A DNA stretch of 64,000 bases, taken from assembly GCF_003704095.1 (NCBI RefSeq), contig NW_020847248.1:1054001-1118000 (forward strand), read 5' to 3'. Under the pieces are notes generated by a model that searched no databases, was not told the origin of the DNA, and saw only the letters and a list, made by a program, of their open reading frames with translations. This document shows positions 25,748 to 36,284 of the stretch, piece by piece; position 1 is the first letter of the stretch; the number at the start of each line of letters is the position of its first letter. The position numbers and the translations under genes were made by a program. Origin of the DNA: Pocillopora damicornis. Lineage: Eukaryota.

Positions 25748-26704
25748 ATGACTGCAAGTTCATTTGACTGTTTTAACCAAACAAGCTGCAACCATTCCAC
25801 AGCTACTTCTCCATCACAAGAAACACTTGAGTATCTCCGTATCAGTGAAATATTAAGTAAAGAGGTAGCGGTCGTCCTCTCTCTCATTTGCGCCTTGATA
25901 AGTGTGCTTGGAGCTTTGGGGAACTCTTTGATACTCCTTGCTGTTGGCGCAAACACAAATCTTCGCAGGGTTCCTGATCTTTTCATCACAAGTTTGGCGA
26001 TCTCAGACTTGTCTGTGTGCTTGGTGTATCTACCCATGGTGATTCATGACCTCAATTACAAGTTTCAAAATGATAAAGAATTCAGGATCTTTGACATCAC
26101 CAAAAGCTTCTTCGGCCATATTTCCACGGTTGCATCGGCAACTAACATATTTGCAATGACAATAGATCGCGTTTGTGCGATTAGATTCCCTTTCCAATAC
26201 ATAGCCGTTCTGACAACAGAAAAAGCACTTTTAGGAATATCATTTGTCTGGCTTGTTTCTCTTCTATTTGCTGTCTTGTACGCTTCTCCTGTTTTGATTC
26301 CCAGGTTCTATGTCTCAATCTACATCTCCTCTCTACTTATCACAACTACAATCGTGTATATCTATATTTTCATCACGGCCAAACGTCAAGAAAACAGAAT
26401 TCATAACGTACATTCGCGGTCTTGTAATACCATGAGAGAGAGAAAGGTGACTAAAACCATCTTAACAGTGGTAGGAGTTTATGCTTTATGTTGGATGCCT
26501 TTGCTTCTGCTTCCGCTCATTTTACACCCTTCTGAGAACTTTGTTCTATTCAAGAAAGCTTTTAGCTGTGTGCAGACGTTAGTAGCTTGTAATTCAGCAG
26601 TCAATCCACTTATTTATTGTATGCGTAGCAGTAAATACCGTAGAGAATTCGCTAAAGTACTGCGTATAGTTTATTGTGGTGAAAGAATTCATTCTGTGTC
26701 ATAA
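25748..26704 (+). CDS. Class A orphan GPCR, paralogue 3, 318 aa
   Basis: Motifs GNS, LAISD, DRV, CWMP, NSAVNPLIY. Colinear with the other two. AATAAA at 26824. Confidence 0.93.
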   Translation: MTASSFDCFNQTSCNHSTATSPSQETLEYLRISEILSKEVAVVLSLICALISVLGALGNSLILLAVGANTNLRRVPDLFITSLAISDLSVCLVYLPMVIHDLNYKFQNDKEFRIFDITKSFFGHISTVASATNIFAMTIDRVCAIRFPFQYIAVLTTEKALLGISFVWLVSLLFAVLYASPVLIPRFYVSIYISSLLITTTIVYIYIFITAKRQENRIHNVHSRSCNTMRERKVTKTILTVVGVYALCWMPLLLLPLILHPSENFVLFKKAFSCVQTLVACNSAVNPLIYCMRSSKYRREFAKVLRIVYCGERIHSVS

Positions 26705-27149
26705 CGTCTGGGGAGGATCAAACGAGAGGAAGGTGTTTCGCCGTAAGGCCTTTTTTCCCCGGAAGATCTCTCAAAATATATTTTAAAGATATCGTTGTCT
26801 TATAAAATTTTAGTAAGATTCAAAATAAACAAGAACTGCGTCAGAAATTTTACTTCATTTGATCGGCCAAGCGTTGTCTATACGCTCTCTAACGATGCAT
26901 TAAATAACCAGAGAAGACTTGAAACATAACTTTTCAGGAGAACAGCTGGGAACCTTTGAAAGAAAGTGTATTCTATGGCCAGTCTGGTGTCAGTCTTTTC
27001 CAAGCTTTTTTCAAATGGTTATGCTTATAGTGCAGGCATAGTTCTCATTTGGATGTAAAGCTTTCTTATCCTTTCGAATCAGAATAAAACCTACCTTTTA
27101 CATTGTATTTTACCCTGTCATTATTTGAATTACTTGAGTTCAATACTTT

Positions 27150-27612
27150 TGAAAGGGGAGGTTCAGAAGGGGCTTTTTAAAAAAACTTTTTACTTCAGAT
27201 TGAGGGGACGTTTTGAAGGGGGTCCTCATTGAAGAGGGGAACTTATTGAAGTCGGGGGGGGGGCTTTTTGGGGAGGGAACACGTTAAAAACAGGGGCTTA
27301 TTAGAGAGTAGGAATTAATGAAGAGGAGAACTTATTAAATAGAAGGGCTTATTGAAGAGGTGGAGTTATTGAGGAGGGGGACTTACTGAAATCGGGGGAA
27401 GGGGTTTTGGGGAGGGGAATCATTAAAAAGGGGGCTTATTACAGAGAGGGGAACTTATTGAAGAGGGGGACATATCTAAGTCGGGGGCTTCTTTGGAGAG
27501 GGGACGCATTAAGAGGAGAAAGAGGAGAATTAGAAGGGAGGACGAACTTATGAAAGAGGAGGGGTATTGAAGATGAGGGCCATTGAAAAGGAGGCCTATC
27601 AGAGGGGGGTGG
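27150..27612 (+). repeat. G-rich degenerate minisatellite (gaagagggggacttattg-like units)
   Basis: Many ~18-20 bp purine-rich units with G-runs and a cttatt core. Confidence 0.85.
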
Positions 27613-27619
27613 TAATATT

Positions 27620-28480
27620 GTCATTCGTTCGTTTCAAAAGCTTATTGTAGGTTTCAATAAGATTAGTACAGCTTGATTGGTTAATACAATCGGTTGGTTT
27701 TGTTCACAAACTTTGGTGAACTGAATCTCAAATGCGACGATACTAGAATTCAAAGTGTATAGAACTCAGTACTGAGATAGAACAGACATGTTTTAAGATG
27801 AACGAGTATGGTGAAAATTTTTGTTCGTCTTATAAAGAAAGGCGTCACCCAATTTTGGCGGGAGCAACAGGAGAAAAGAAATTTTTTTCTTTCAATTAGT
27901 TTGTTATTGTTATTCGTTTCAAAAGCTTACTATGGATGTTATTAAGATTAAACAAATTGTGGTAGGTTTTATCACAGATACAAAGATGTTATGAATCGAA
28001 GTTTTTGAACACAGCACTACAAGGCAGGTGAACGAAAAAGGTGAAATGTTTCTCTCTGTAGCCTGATAAAAAAATATCTGGATGTCACACATGTGGCGCG
28101 AGAACTCGGGAAGAAAAGGAAAATTTTGCTTACAATTAGTTTATTGTTATTTGGTTTTTTCAAAAGCTTAATGTGGATGTCAATAGGATCCCAAAAATTT
28201 GTAGCTTCACAAATTGTGGCAAGCTAACACTCAGATACGAAGATGATGTAAATCAAAGTATTTAGAACACATTACTAGGACAAAAGAAACATGCATTAAG
28301 AGGAAAAAGGAGCACTCTGACAGTACTTTTCTCTTCTGTCGTCTAATAGAGAAAGATGTTACTCGTTTGGCGGGAGCGTAAGGGCCTGTTTACACGGTAC
28401 GACTTTGTCGCATGCGACAAAGTCATACCGTGTAAATAGGCCTTAAGAAGAAAAGAAACATTTTTCTTTAAAAAAGTAAG
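27620..28480. repeat. Three degenerate tandem units of ~240-290 bp
   Basis: tttcaaaagctta recurs at ~27632, ~27917 and ~28158, and ggcg(g/c)gag..agaaaag near 27857, 28095 and 28369. Confidence 0.75.
28382..28443. mobile_element. 62-bp hairpin mini-MITE with TAA target-site duplication (PIF/Harbinger-like)
   Basis: taa|gggcctgtttacacggtacgactttgtcgca-tgcgacaaagtcataccgtgtaaataggcct|taa. 31-bp arms, 3 mismatches, no spacer. Absent from the neighbouring tandem units. Confidence 0.85.
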
Positions 28481-29317
28481 AGGTATACAAACCGCCGTAA
28501 AGTGATCTATGAACAATTACTTCATGATTACATTATTTTGCAAGCGTAGGAGGAAGACAAATTTTGCTTTCAATGAATAAGAGGTATACAAATCGCTTGT
28601 GACTGATCTTTGAATAATTGTTTGGTGAATTGGTTCTTTCTGAATATCTTGTTAGTTTTGTTCCCGAACTCAGACCGCAAGTCCCCTGAGTGCCCTATGC
28701 ATCTAATTTAATACTTTGCAGCCCTAAGTGACACTTCGAAATTGCGACAATCTAACAGGAGTCTTCAGAGAACTTTAAGTGACATGTATATAAGCTTCTA
28801 TGATAACATAACAACTGCCTACTGTAAAACTACAGGGGAACATACACAACAGAATAGGTTACTTTTAGAGTCTTCCTTTCAAAAAGGTCATTGAAGCGTG
28901 GTGCTAACTTCAATGCCTCATTTCACATTGAGTGTCCCCAAGGTCGTTATTAAGAGCAATTTTTCGGTCCTTGGCGGTTCAAATGAACCGCATTCAATAG
29001 TTTATGTCAAATACCTGCACTTTTCTGAATAGTTTTTTTTAAAGTTAGCAGCGGTCACTGACTTATAACCTGGCAAGTTCCTTTATTATATATGTTTTTT
29101 TTAAGACTTTTTTGACCTAACATATAACAAAACCACAATAGTATTCCAATCATTTTCAACTTATTACTGATCAATTCTTTCATTTGATTTACTCAGTCAC
29201 CCTCTATGAACACAAAACAAAAGATTTTCTCAATTTAAACATATGCATAGTTATTTTATCTTTCATCACTGCTGGTTATCCAAACAAGTCACCCCCGTTT
29301 AATGTGTGTAGATATTA

Positions 29318-30181
29318 ATGAACAGCTCCCCACAAGAGATCATCATGGCTCAGCTAAAGTCATCAACACAGGTGGCCAATTCCAGTGCTCAGAGCTTTTC
29401 GCCCTTGTCTTCCCCACAGTTGGGAATGCGCCTTACAGCAGAGTTCAATCCCGGAGAAAATGACAGCGTTTTTGAAAAATCACCATGTATTTCCTTTGAC
29501 GACGAACACAGGGAAGAATCTAAGCCACAAACAATATTACAGGTTCGTGAAAGACAGAAATGGAGAAAAATGGCGCTAGCAGTGACTATGACGAGATTAT
29601 TGGTGTCTGTGATTTTTGCGGGGGCATCTTTCTTCCTCTCAGCCACTATGAACAGTTCATCTGTCCTCGCCACAGCTCTAGACACAACGCTCACCGTACT
29701 CACATGTTTTGTTTTAGCGTGGAGATTTCATGAAGAAACGAACGCCAAAATCGCTCCTAAGAAAGAAAAGCATGGATCCATTGCCTTTGGAATAGCATTC
29801 ATCGTAGACGCGCTGATAGTAATAGCAGTTTCAGTGAAGCACCTGACTGATAAAACCAAACCAGATGGAGCCAGCATAATGTGGCCATGTCTACTGGCGT
29901 TTTGTTTTGTCTATTGCTTACTGGCCGGGGCGGAATTCTGGATATCTTCGAAGCTTAAGAGCTCTATCCTTATAGCCCTGAGTATAGATGATGGGCTTAC
30001 AGGAGGGTTTATGTTCGCTCTTTCTGTGAATGAATTCATTGAATGTAAACTTCCAAACTTGTGGTATTTGGATCATTCCGCGGCGATTGCTGTTTCACTC
30101 ATGCTGTTATATTGCGGTATCAAAATTCTTGTGGAGATATTTGTCTACAAGAAACTTCCTTTCCAAATTTTCAATTCATGA
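29318..30181 (+). CDS. TMEM163: TMEM163-like (ZnT11/SLC30A11-related cation efflux family) protein A1, 287 aa
   Basis: Six hydrophobic segments. Motifs SSSVLATALDT..VL..WRF, KEK.G...G..F, KLKSSILI, WYLD...A......G.KIL match the TMEM163/CDF pattern. Confidence 0.85.
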   Translation: MNSSPQEIIMAQLKSSTQVANSSAQSFSPLSSPQLGMRLTAEFNPGENDSVFEKSPCISFDDEHREESKPQTILQVRERQKWRKMALAVTMTRLLVSVIFAGASFFLSATMNSSSVLATALDTTLTVLTCFVLAWRFHEETNAKIAPKKEKHGSIAFGIAFIVDALIVIAVSVKHLTDKTKPDGASIMWPCLLAFCFVYCLLAGAEFWISSKLKSSILIALSIDDGLTGGFMFALSVNEFIECKLPNLWYLDHSAAIAVSLMLLYCGIKILVEIFVYKKLPFQIFNS

Positions 30182-31350
30182 TTTCAAGAGGACACCCACG
30201 ACCAGTTTGTACACGGTCAGGCGAATCGCTCGCAAGTGCAGCTCATTATCACAAGATGACTTGGAATTGACCCTGTCTTTCACGTTCTATGAATCGAGTC
30301 TTAATTAAAAGAAGTCGATTGTAATCACATTGGCCTTTGAGTCAAAGGACTCTCAACCCTGAGATATCATTAAATGAAACAGACTGTCCCCTCATAATCG
30401 AGCCTCGGAACTTGGGGAGATTAATCAAGCTGTTCTATGCTTCGCTAGTTATAGCTCATTGAACCTAGATTACTAAGAAATATTCCCTTTAAATACCGGG
30501 ACTTTTAGGGTGAATCTCACTTCGCCAGCAGTCTCGTGGGTTTTCGTTCCATCGACGCACTTCTTAAGTGTGCTGTTTGAGCTCATTGCCTTTCGAAATT
30601 TCTCAGTATTTACAGCGACATGAAGATGACAAATGCAACCTCGTTTTAAAATCATGGCACGGGCCTTGATCTTCACTGAGAGCTACACACTGAAACAGCT
30701 AAGAAAGAGTGAGGCAAAATCACTTCAGTAACTTAAGCCTAAAGGCGCGCATCATAAAATAACTGTGACGAAACAAAAAAACATAACTAAGAGCGCATTG
30801 CGACTCAGATTAACTTAGGCTGGTGTTTTAAGATGTTTTAAATTAGTTAGGACTGGAAAACTTCATTCGAATTATCCAGGAATCCGTTAGATTTGAAATC
30901 GCTCGATATTAGAATTCAATAATATTTCAAATTCAAAATCTTGGCGCGAAACGTCGTGAAATAAATCATAGAATTAATTAATTATTGTTCTACGGAGTCG
31001 CATCGATCGAAGATGAGATGGTATGCAACTAGCAAGGTGCATGGCGTCGAGTGTATTCTCATAGTCGGCAAGGATAAAGAGAATAACATATTTTAATAAG
31101 ATTGCACACAAAAGATAACTCTACTAACAAGCTTTTATTTGGTTTTGTCAACCACCGGAAAACAAGAGCAAGGCTCGCTCACAGAAATTTTTTCTCATTT
31201 CGCTGACGAATTCATTGACCATATATGTCGGAGCTAGGTTATGAACTCGGAGCAAGGTTATTAGCTGACACCACAGCTCCCCTCAGCCAGTCAGAGGGCC
31301 AGAAATTCAATTACTGTGCTCCAATTTATACCCAAAGGGTTTACTCCCTT

Positions 31351-31456
31351 ATTCGCTCTGACGAAAGGCTAACGCTTGAAACGTCAGCTTAGAAACTCGC
31401 TTTATGGTGCCTACTTTACATTGTCAACCTAGTTGATAGGACCAAATTTTCTTGTT
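31351..31456 (+). mobile_element. Hammerhead-bearing short repeat with intact core (ribozyme 31354-31389)
   Basis: gct-CTGACGA-a-aggc(taac)gctt-GAAAC-GTC-agc. Stem I gct/agc, stem II aggc/gctt. Confidence 0.8.
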
Positions 31457-31669
31457 TATTTACCTCGGACCTTTTGCAATGTCGATTGTTTTACGTTCCA
31501 CTTGGAAAATATATGGGCACCAGGCTAAGCTATGTTTTGAGCGATACGGTCCGCTGGAGAATTCAAGCAAATGCAAATGTAAAATCAGCGGCAGCATTTT
31601 TGCGATTTTGTCTTGCTATGGGTATTAAGGACTCTGTTTTCTTCTTCTGTAGCCGAAGAACATTGTATG

Positions 31670-31715
31670 GTACCAGGAGTCCATTACTCATTAAGTAATG
31701 GGCTCCTGATGGTAC
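31670..31715. repeat. Small hairpin element
   Basis: caggagtccattact-catta-agtaatgggctcctg: 15-bp stem with one mismatch. Confidence 0.75.
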
Positions 31716-31951
31716 TGAGTAATCAGTTAAAGTGCCCATGACACGAATTTTTTTTCGCAGTTTCTGGTTGACAGCTGTATTAAAAATTAGAAATAATCGA
31801 CTTTAGCGCCTAGCGAGTTCTCCTGGACCACTTTTTTGTGCATTGAAAGTACGATTTGTCGGCCAAAAAGTGTCCCCATTAAGCGCGTGGCCAAAACTAT
31901 ATCATGTTACATAGCTGTGACGTAGAAAACTGTGAAGACACGTCTGCAACT

Positions 31952-32250
31952 ATGGTGGAGAAGGCGGAGAAATCTAAAAGAAAGGACGAACGTATTGCAT
32001 GGCCAGAGCGCCAAATGATGTTAGCTACAAGAATAATACACATATACCGGCTATTTCTATACACTACTTTCTAAAGGATGTAGCTGTATGACCAAAATGG
32101 ACGCATCTCGATCGTCGACATCGAGGAGATTTTACTCTTCATTGTTGTCGGCCTCATGCTCCGTACCAGCTTCGAAGACGCCTGTCATGAACACATACGA
32201 CTAGCCAAATCAGGGGACTGATTAAGGGGCCTTCAGTCCCACACCGCACA
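31952..32250 (+). pseudogene. THAP zinc-finger remnant (transposase N-terminus)
   Basis: Frameshifted pieces ISIHYFLKDVAV*PKWT (HxFPKD...W), CSV..FEDAC (LCSxHF) and LIKG.SVP (AVPT box), in the expected order. Confidence 0.7.
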
Positions 32251-32489
32251 CGATTGTTTAACATTCTTTTCCGCTGACATTTCGCAGGCGAAGAATGGTG
32301 AGCTTCTTAACTTATTGTTGTTAATTTCACGCGCTTGAGATGTACCCATACTCTTTGTCTTTTTACATGGCTACATTTGCGCTTTCCTTATTGAATGAAA
32401 ATCCTACCAATTGTAGTTTCCATCGTATTTTAATAACAGAAATGCATCATTTGTAATGCAGTTCAAGCCCCTTCCTGAGATTTCCTAAC

Positions 32490-33430
32490 CGATATCCTGT
32501 TGCGTGAACAGTGCGAAACCTCTGGCGGATACTGGCTTAAAGACAAGCTCGAAGGGGCCGTGAATTCTCCCAACCTATGTTTCCCAAAATCCACCCCACG
32601 AGCCATCATTTCCTCCCTGTCCTCGAGAAACTAAAAGAAGCAAAAGTAGTAATATCATTGTGATAACAGCACTGCATCGAGATAAATAAAGAGACAAATT
32701 TTATTGAATTAATTAGATGATAGCGAATCCCACTGCCGTGTGAAAATCGATGCATACCAAATAATTACTTACAATACTGATGTGAGTTATTTCCTTTGAG
32801 CGGAATGGGTCTTATGGCAATACTGCAGTTCCACTATAGACGTTTTTCTCTATTAAAAACCCTATTTGAGATTAGCTTGAATCAGATGACTATAAACTCA
32901 ATCGTTTCCCGTTCGGTTTGGCCGGCTCGACGATCGCGCCCATAGCCTCTGTCTTTGCAATCTCTAGCGAAAGGAGCAACTTGCAGTGAAACTGCCCGAT
33001 AACTTCTCGGTGAAAAACCATCGTGCCTCCTGATACAGCTAATTCTTTCGTAAAAAGTTAGCTCTTGGTTTACTAAGGGAATTTCTCTACAGCAACGAAA
33101 CTCTAGAGCACTGACCGAGGAGAATCTTCGCCGCACATAATGCGAAGGAATAAAATGCCATCAGATGCTACTTATTCTTAACATAAATTTCGCCATGGAA
33201 AACAAAACACAAACGCAACAAAGTAAATATTCAGTGACGGGAAATTTTTGCTCTAATCTTGACCTGAACACTGCAGGCGAGAACTGAATCGTCTTTATCA
33301 GTCTTCGTCGAAATTTTCGTTTGATGCACGCGGTTCTCCTTCGTAGGGCTGAACTGTTACTTGAGTACAATGTATCACAACTCTCGGTAGAGCTTGCTGA
33401 AGGTAGGTGTACATCGCTATCGGACATCAT
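32490..33430 (-). pseudogene. P2X7 cytoplasmic-ballast-like (KolX-like) pseudogene
   Basis: LEFRCCREIP...ISCIRRHDGF (ExxCCxE...CIxxHxxF) at 32882-33136. WILGNIGWENSRPLRACL*ASIRQRFRTVHATGY (WxxGxLG...RxxLPxC...IRxxF...GY) at ~32490-32610. Contains stops and frameshifts. Confidence 0.75.
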
Positions 33431-33563
33431 TTCAAGAGTATTTCAACGCTGACTGATACAAAATTACAAGAGATGTGAGAGATTTGCAAGTGTCAGCTAA
33501 GAATTTCACAGTTTTCTACGTCATCACCCGCTAATTCGTTACCAGTCCACGGGACACTTTTAA

Positions 33564-33766
33564 CCCTTTGACTCACAGATCAAATTTGTAATTCTCTTTA
33601 TTGTCAAGTGTACAATTTTTATAATGTTAGTTCATAGAATTTAGTATTGTATCAACTAATTATCCCCAAATTGATATTTTTCTTTATTCTCATCATTTAT
33701 CTGGTTGATATTGTATTGATATTGTAAGGAGAAATTCTCTCTTGGTCACTCATAGGAGTTAAAGGG
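33564..33766 (+). mobile_element. piggyBac-type MITE (CCC...GGG, TTAA TSD)
   Basis: ttaa|ccctttgactc...gagttaaaggg|tgaa. The paralogous position (~39890) is an empty TTAA site. Confidence 0.9.
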
Positions 33767-34001
33767 TGAAGACTAACTAAGAGCACTTTGGGGCCCAAAA
33801 AGACCGAGTTTTAAGTTTTTTATATATTTCTTCTATCGGAATTGGTTTGTACATATGATAAGCTAAATATTTACGCAAAAAAATTTCACCTCATAGGCAC
33901 TTAAAAAACCCTTAAATAATGAGATTACTTTTGCCTGCGCTCGATTGTTTTAACAACGATGCATACACAACGGTGTTCTTTGTATTCACATATCTAATTC
34001 A

Positions 34002-34185
34002 CCTTTTGACTCCCACAAGTGATTAACTTGAAATTTCTCTCAACCAACAGGGAAGAAGAACGCTCATACTCATCAGAGAGAAGTTGTTACCTTGATCTAA
34101 CAAAAAATTCTCACAATTAATTTATGAGGAAATGCATAGCAGCTCCAGGAGAGAATTTACGATCAGATCTTGGGATTTAGAAGGG
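34002..34185. mobile_element. piggyBac-type MITE
   Basis: ttca|ccttttgactccc...gggatttagaaggg|ttaa. Empty TTAA site in the paralogue at ~40106. Confidence 0.85.
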
Positions 34186-34269
34186 TTAAGAAAACCCAGA
34201 ATAATCCACAAGTAAGTCTTAAACACATGGTATATTTCCTCACGTAGAACTTGCATCGGCTGGTATATC

Positions 34270-34478
34270 GTGGAATCGGCAAGGAGCGAACCAGACACAG
34301 GGAAACGACAAAATTTTCCGCTTTCCTCACAGAATACTGTCCGAGGTTGGCAGTCACCAACACATTCACCAAAATTGGCAGCATCTTCAGGAACGAATTC
34401 AATCCCTCGGGAAGCGAAGGAGTTTTAGATCATTCACCTTGCGTTTCTCCTGAAGACGTGGACACTAATAGACAGGAA
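34270..34478 (+). pseudogene. Truncated TMEM163-like pseudogene (copy of 40189-41049)
   Basis: Aligns to 40189-40398 with ATG changed to GTG and a 1-nt deletion, then jumps to the sequence at ~41277. All TM-coding sequence is deleted. Confidence 0.9.
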
Positions 34479-35510
34479 AGAGTTTCCAAAAGCGAAAAGA
34501 AAAAAATAGCCAATAGAATATGGCAAATGGAATATTGGCGATTAGAACTTTAATCAATATTAGCTCATTGGTTGATCAAAAAGATAAAATAAATTTATTC
34601 TGTAGAGCGAGTCAATGATTTTCCTAGCCCGCTGTTATTTCTACTGGAGTTATTTTTCAATAGTCCGTCCCGTACGATGTACCGGGCGCTATTCCTCAAT
34701 TAAGCAAATAGCCTCTTATCTAACTGAACTTAATTAGGAAGCCCCTCTCTCTAAAAATGGATTAAGGTAACGCCTTTCTCTTTACGGCCTTAAGGGATTC
34801 CTTTAATTTGTCGGAGAGATTTGCACGGAATGAAAATGACGACACTGAGTGCTGTTAGCATTTTAAAACTACGTTTTCGTTTACTACAAAGAAAGAACAT
34901 TATTTCGACTCTGTAAAAGTCAACAGTCATTTCAAGATACGGAGCGTTTTTTAAAACGAAAATTCGGACAAGTAGCAAGCCTTCACAATAAGACATTAAC
35001 TGCCCTCTTCTATTGATTACAACTCCATCACCATGGCAATAAAGTCCCAGTTTCACAAAAGAAGAGCAAGTTCTGCATTGTAAAGGTTTCGTGACTTACA
35101 GTACGCACCATCAAAACGAGTTTCAAAAGGTATTAATCATATCTCTGGGTTCAAAGAAAGAAGATTTCATTTCAAACAAATTTTTGAGTTAAGCAACCTG
35201 TTCAGCGAAATACGGTCCGCATAACTGACCAACTATGGTACACGCACTGTCTGACAGTCATAATAAAATGCCACACATGTCTTTGACATGTTCTTGTATT
35301 TCTTCTCAAGTAAAAGTTGTCAGACGGCTCTGGATTTTGCAGGTGGGCAAAAAATTGTTATATGGTAGCCTAGGCAAGCTGTAAACAAAAGTAAGGCCAA
35401 ACGTTTCTCTAGCTCCAAAAATGATTCAACCACTAAGACAAGTATAATGGTATGATATCTTTTTTATTCATTTAATAGGACGAACGACAAGCATCACTTC
35501 TAGTTACTTC

Positions 35511-35955
35511 TTATTGCTGATTAGTTGATGGTCTGTGGAGAGAAACATGTACAAATTTCAGCTTTAGTAAAGACTGAACACGAAAATATCCGATCACATC
35601 ATGAACCCGTATCAGCTGAGGTAAATTTGGGTAATTCAGCTGCCTCGCAAAGAACACTCAGCAATGATGCACTAATTCAAGCCTAAAATTAATTTCAAAA
35701 GTTTTCATTTTTCCAGAAATCAAGACTCTTACGAACCCTGAAACATGTATATGTACGTAGTAGAGTTGTAACGTTAAGTTTATGGATCTTAAAAACATAT
35801 TTTTTAAGATACATGCCCATAAAAAGGACTTTCAAAACATCAACTTACTTGGCCCATTCCTCGCTCAAGATAAGATGATAATAACCAAATTCTTGAACAC
35901 TTTGAATAGTTCGGGCGGCATCCTCACGATAGACAGAGTTGATGAATGCAAAACC
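35511..35955 (-). pseudogene. Orphan duplicate of eIF3g exons 9 (35849-35955) and 10 (35511-35532)
   Basis: GFAFINSVYREDAARTIQSVQEFGYYHLILSEEWAK|PSTNQQ* versus functional [36 protein letters not shown]|PSTNQQ*. The exon 8 equivalent is deleted. Confidence 0.9.
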
Positions 35956-36019
35956 CTGCAAACAGAACAGAAGGCGAACAATGGATAAATGCACTTTTTT
36001 TGAAAGCTTCCGCCCCAAA

Positions 36020-36226
36020 TCCTTTTACCCCTAAGAGTGATTAGCATCTAATTTCTCCTTAAAATATCACCCCTGAATCAAAATTATGGGCATGCGAATA
36101 AAGGAAATGATCACCAACTAAAGAAGCTCTTGATTTTTAAACAAATTCTCCTTGTCAGCACCTTAGGAAATGTAAAAAGAACAGTATGGAGAATATGCAT
36201 ACTGATGTTAGGATGTAAAAGGTTAA
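36020..36226 (+). mobile_element. TTAA-type MITE, family 2
   Basis: cccctaagagtgattagcatctaatttctcc...gatgttaggatgtaaaaggttaa. Other copies at ~42817-43026, 45221-45432, 49692-49903, 50046-50260 and 53805-53952, and reversed at 51745-51890 and 24205-24362. Confidence 0.85.
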
Positions 36227-36284
36227 AAGCCTCTAGTTGGGACAAACAAGCAAAAAATCATTTCAACAGAGTTCCGTTACAATT

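Larger units (their letters stand above)
31731..33901. mobile_element. Non-autonomous, decayed Kolobok-like DNA transposon
   Basis: ttaa|AGTGCCCATGACACGAATTTT ... AAAATTTCACCTCATAGGCACT|taa. Subterminal inverted repeats tgacgtagaaaactgtgaa (~31918) / ttcacagttttctacgtca (~33505) and aaaagtgtccc / gggacactttt. THAP remnant on + converges on a KolX/P2X7-ballast-like remnant on -. Confidence 0.8.

Noticed and set aside
27620-28480. CRISPR-like or functional repeat array
   Set aside because: Eukaryotic context. The units are long, degenerate along their whole length, and have no repeat-spacer structure.
28883-28890. NBRE-like AAAGGTCA upstream of TMEM163-A1 (also CAAGGTCA at ~22541) as targets of the neighbouring NR
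   Set aside because: Expected by chance in 64 kb, and the site is altered in the paralogous copy.
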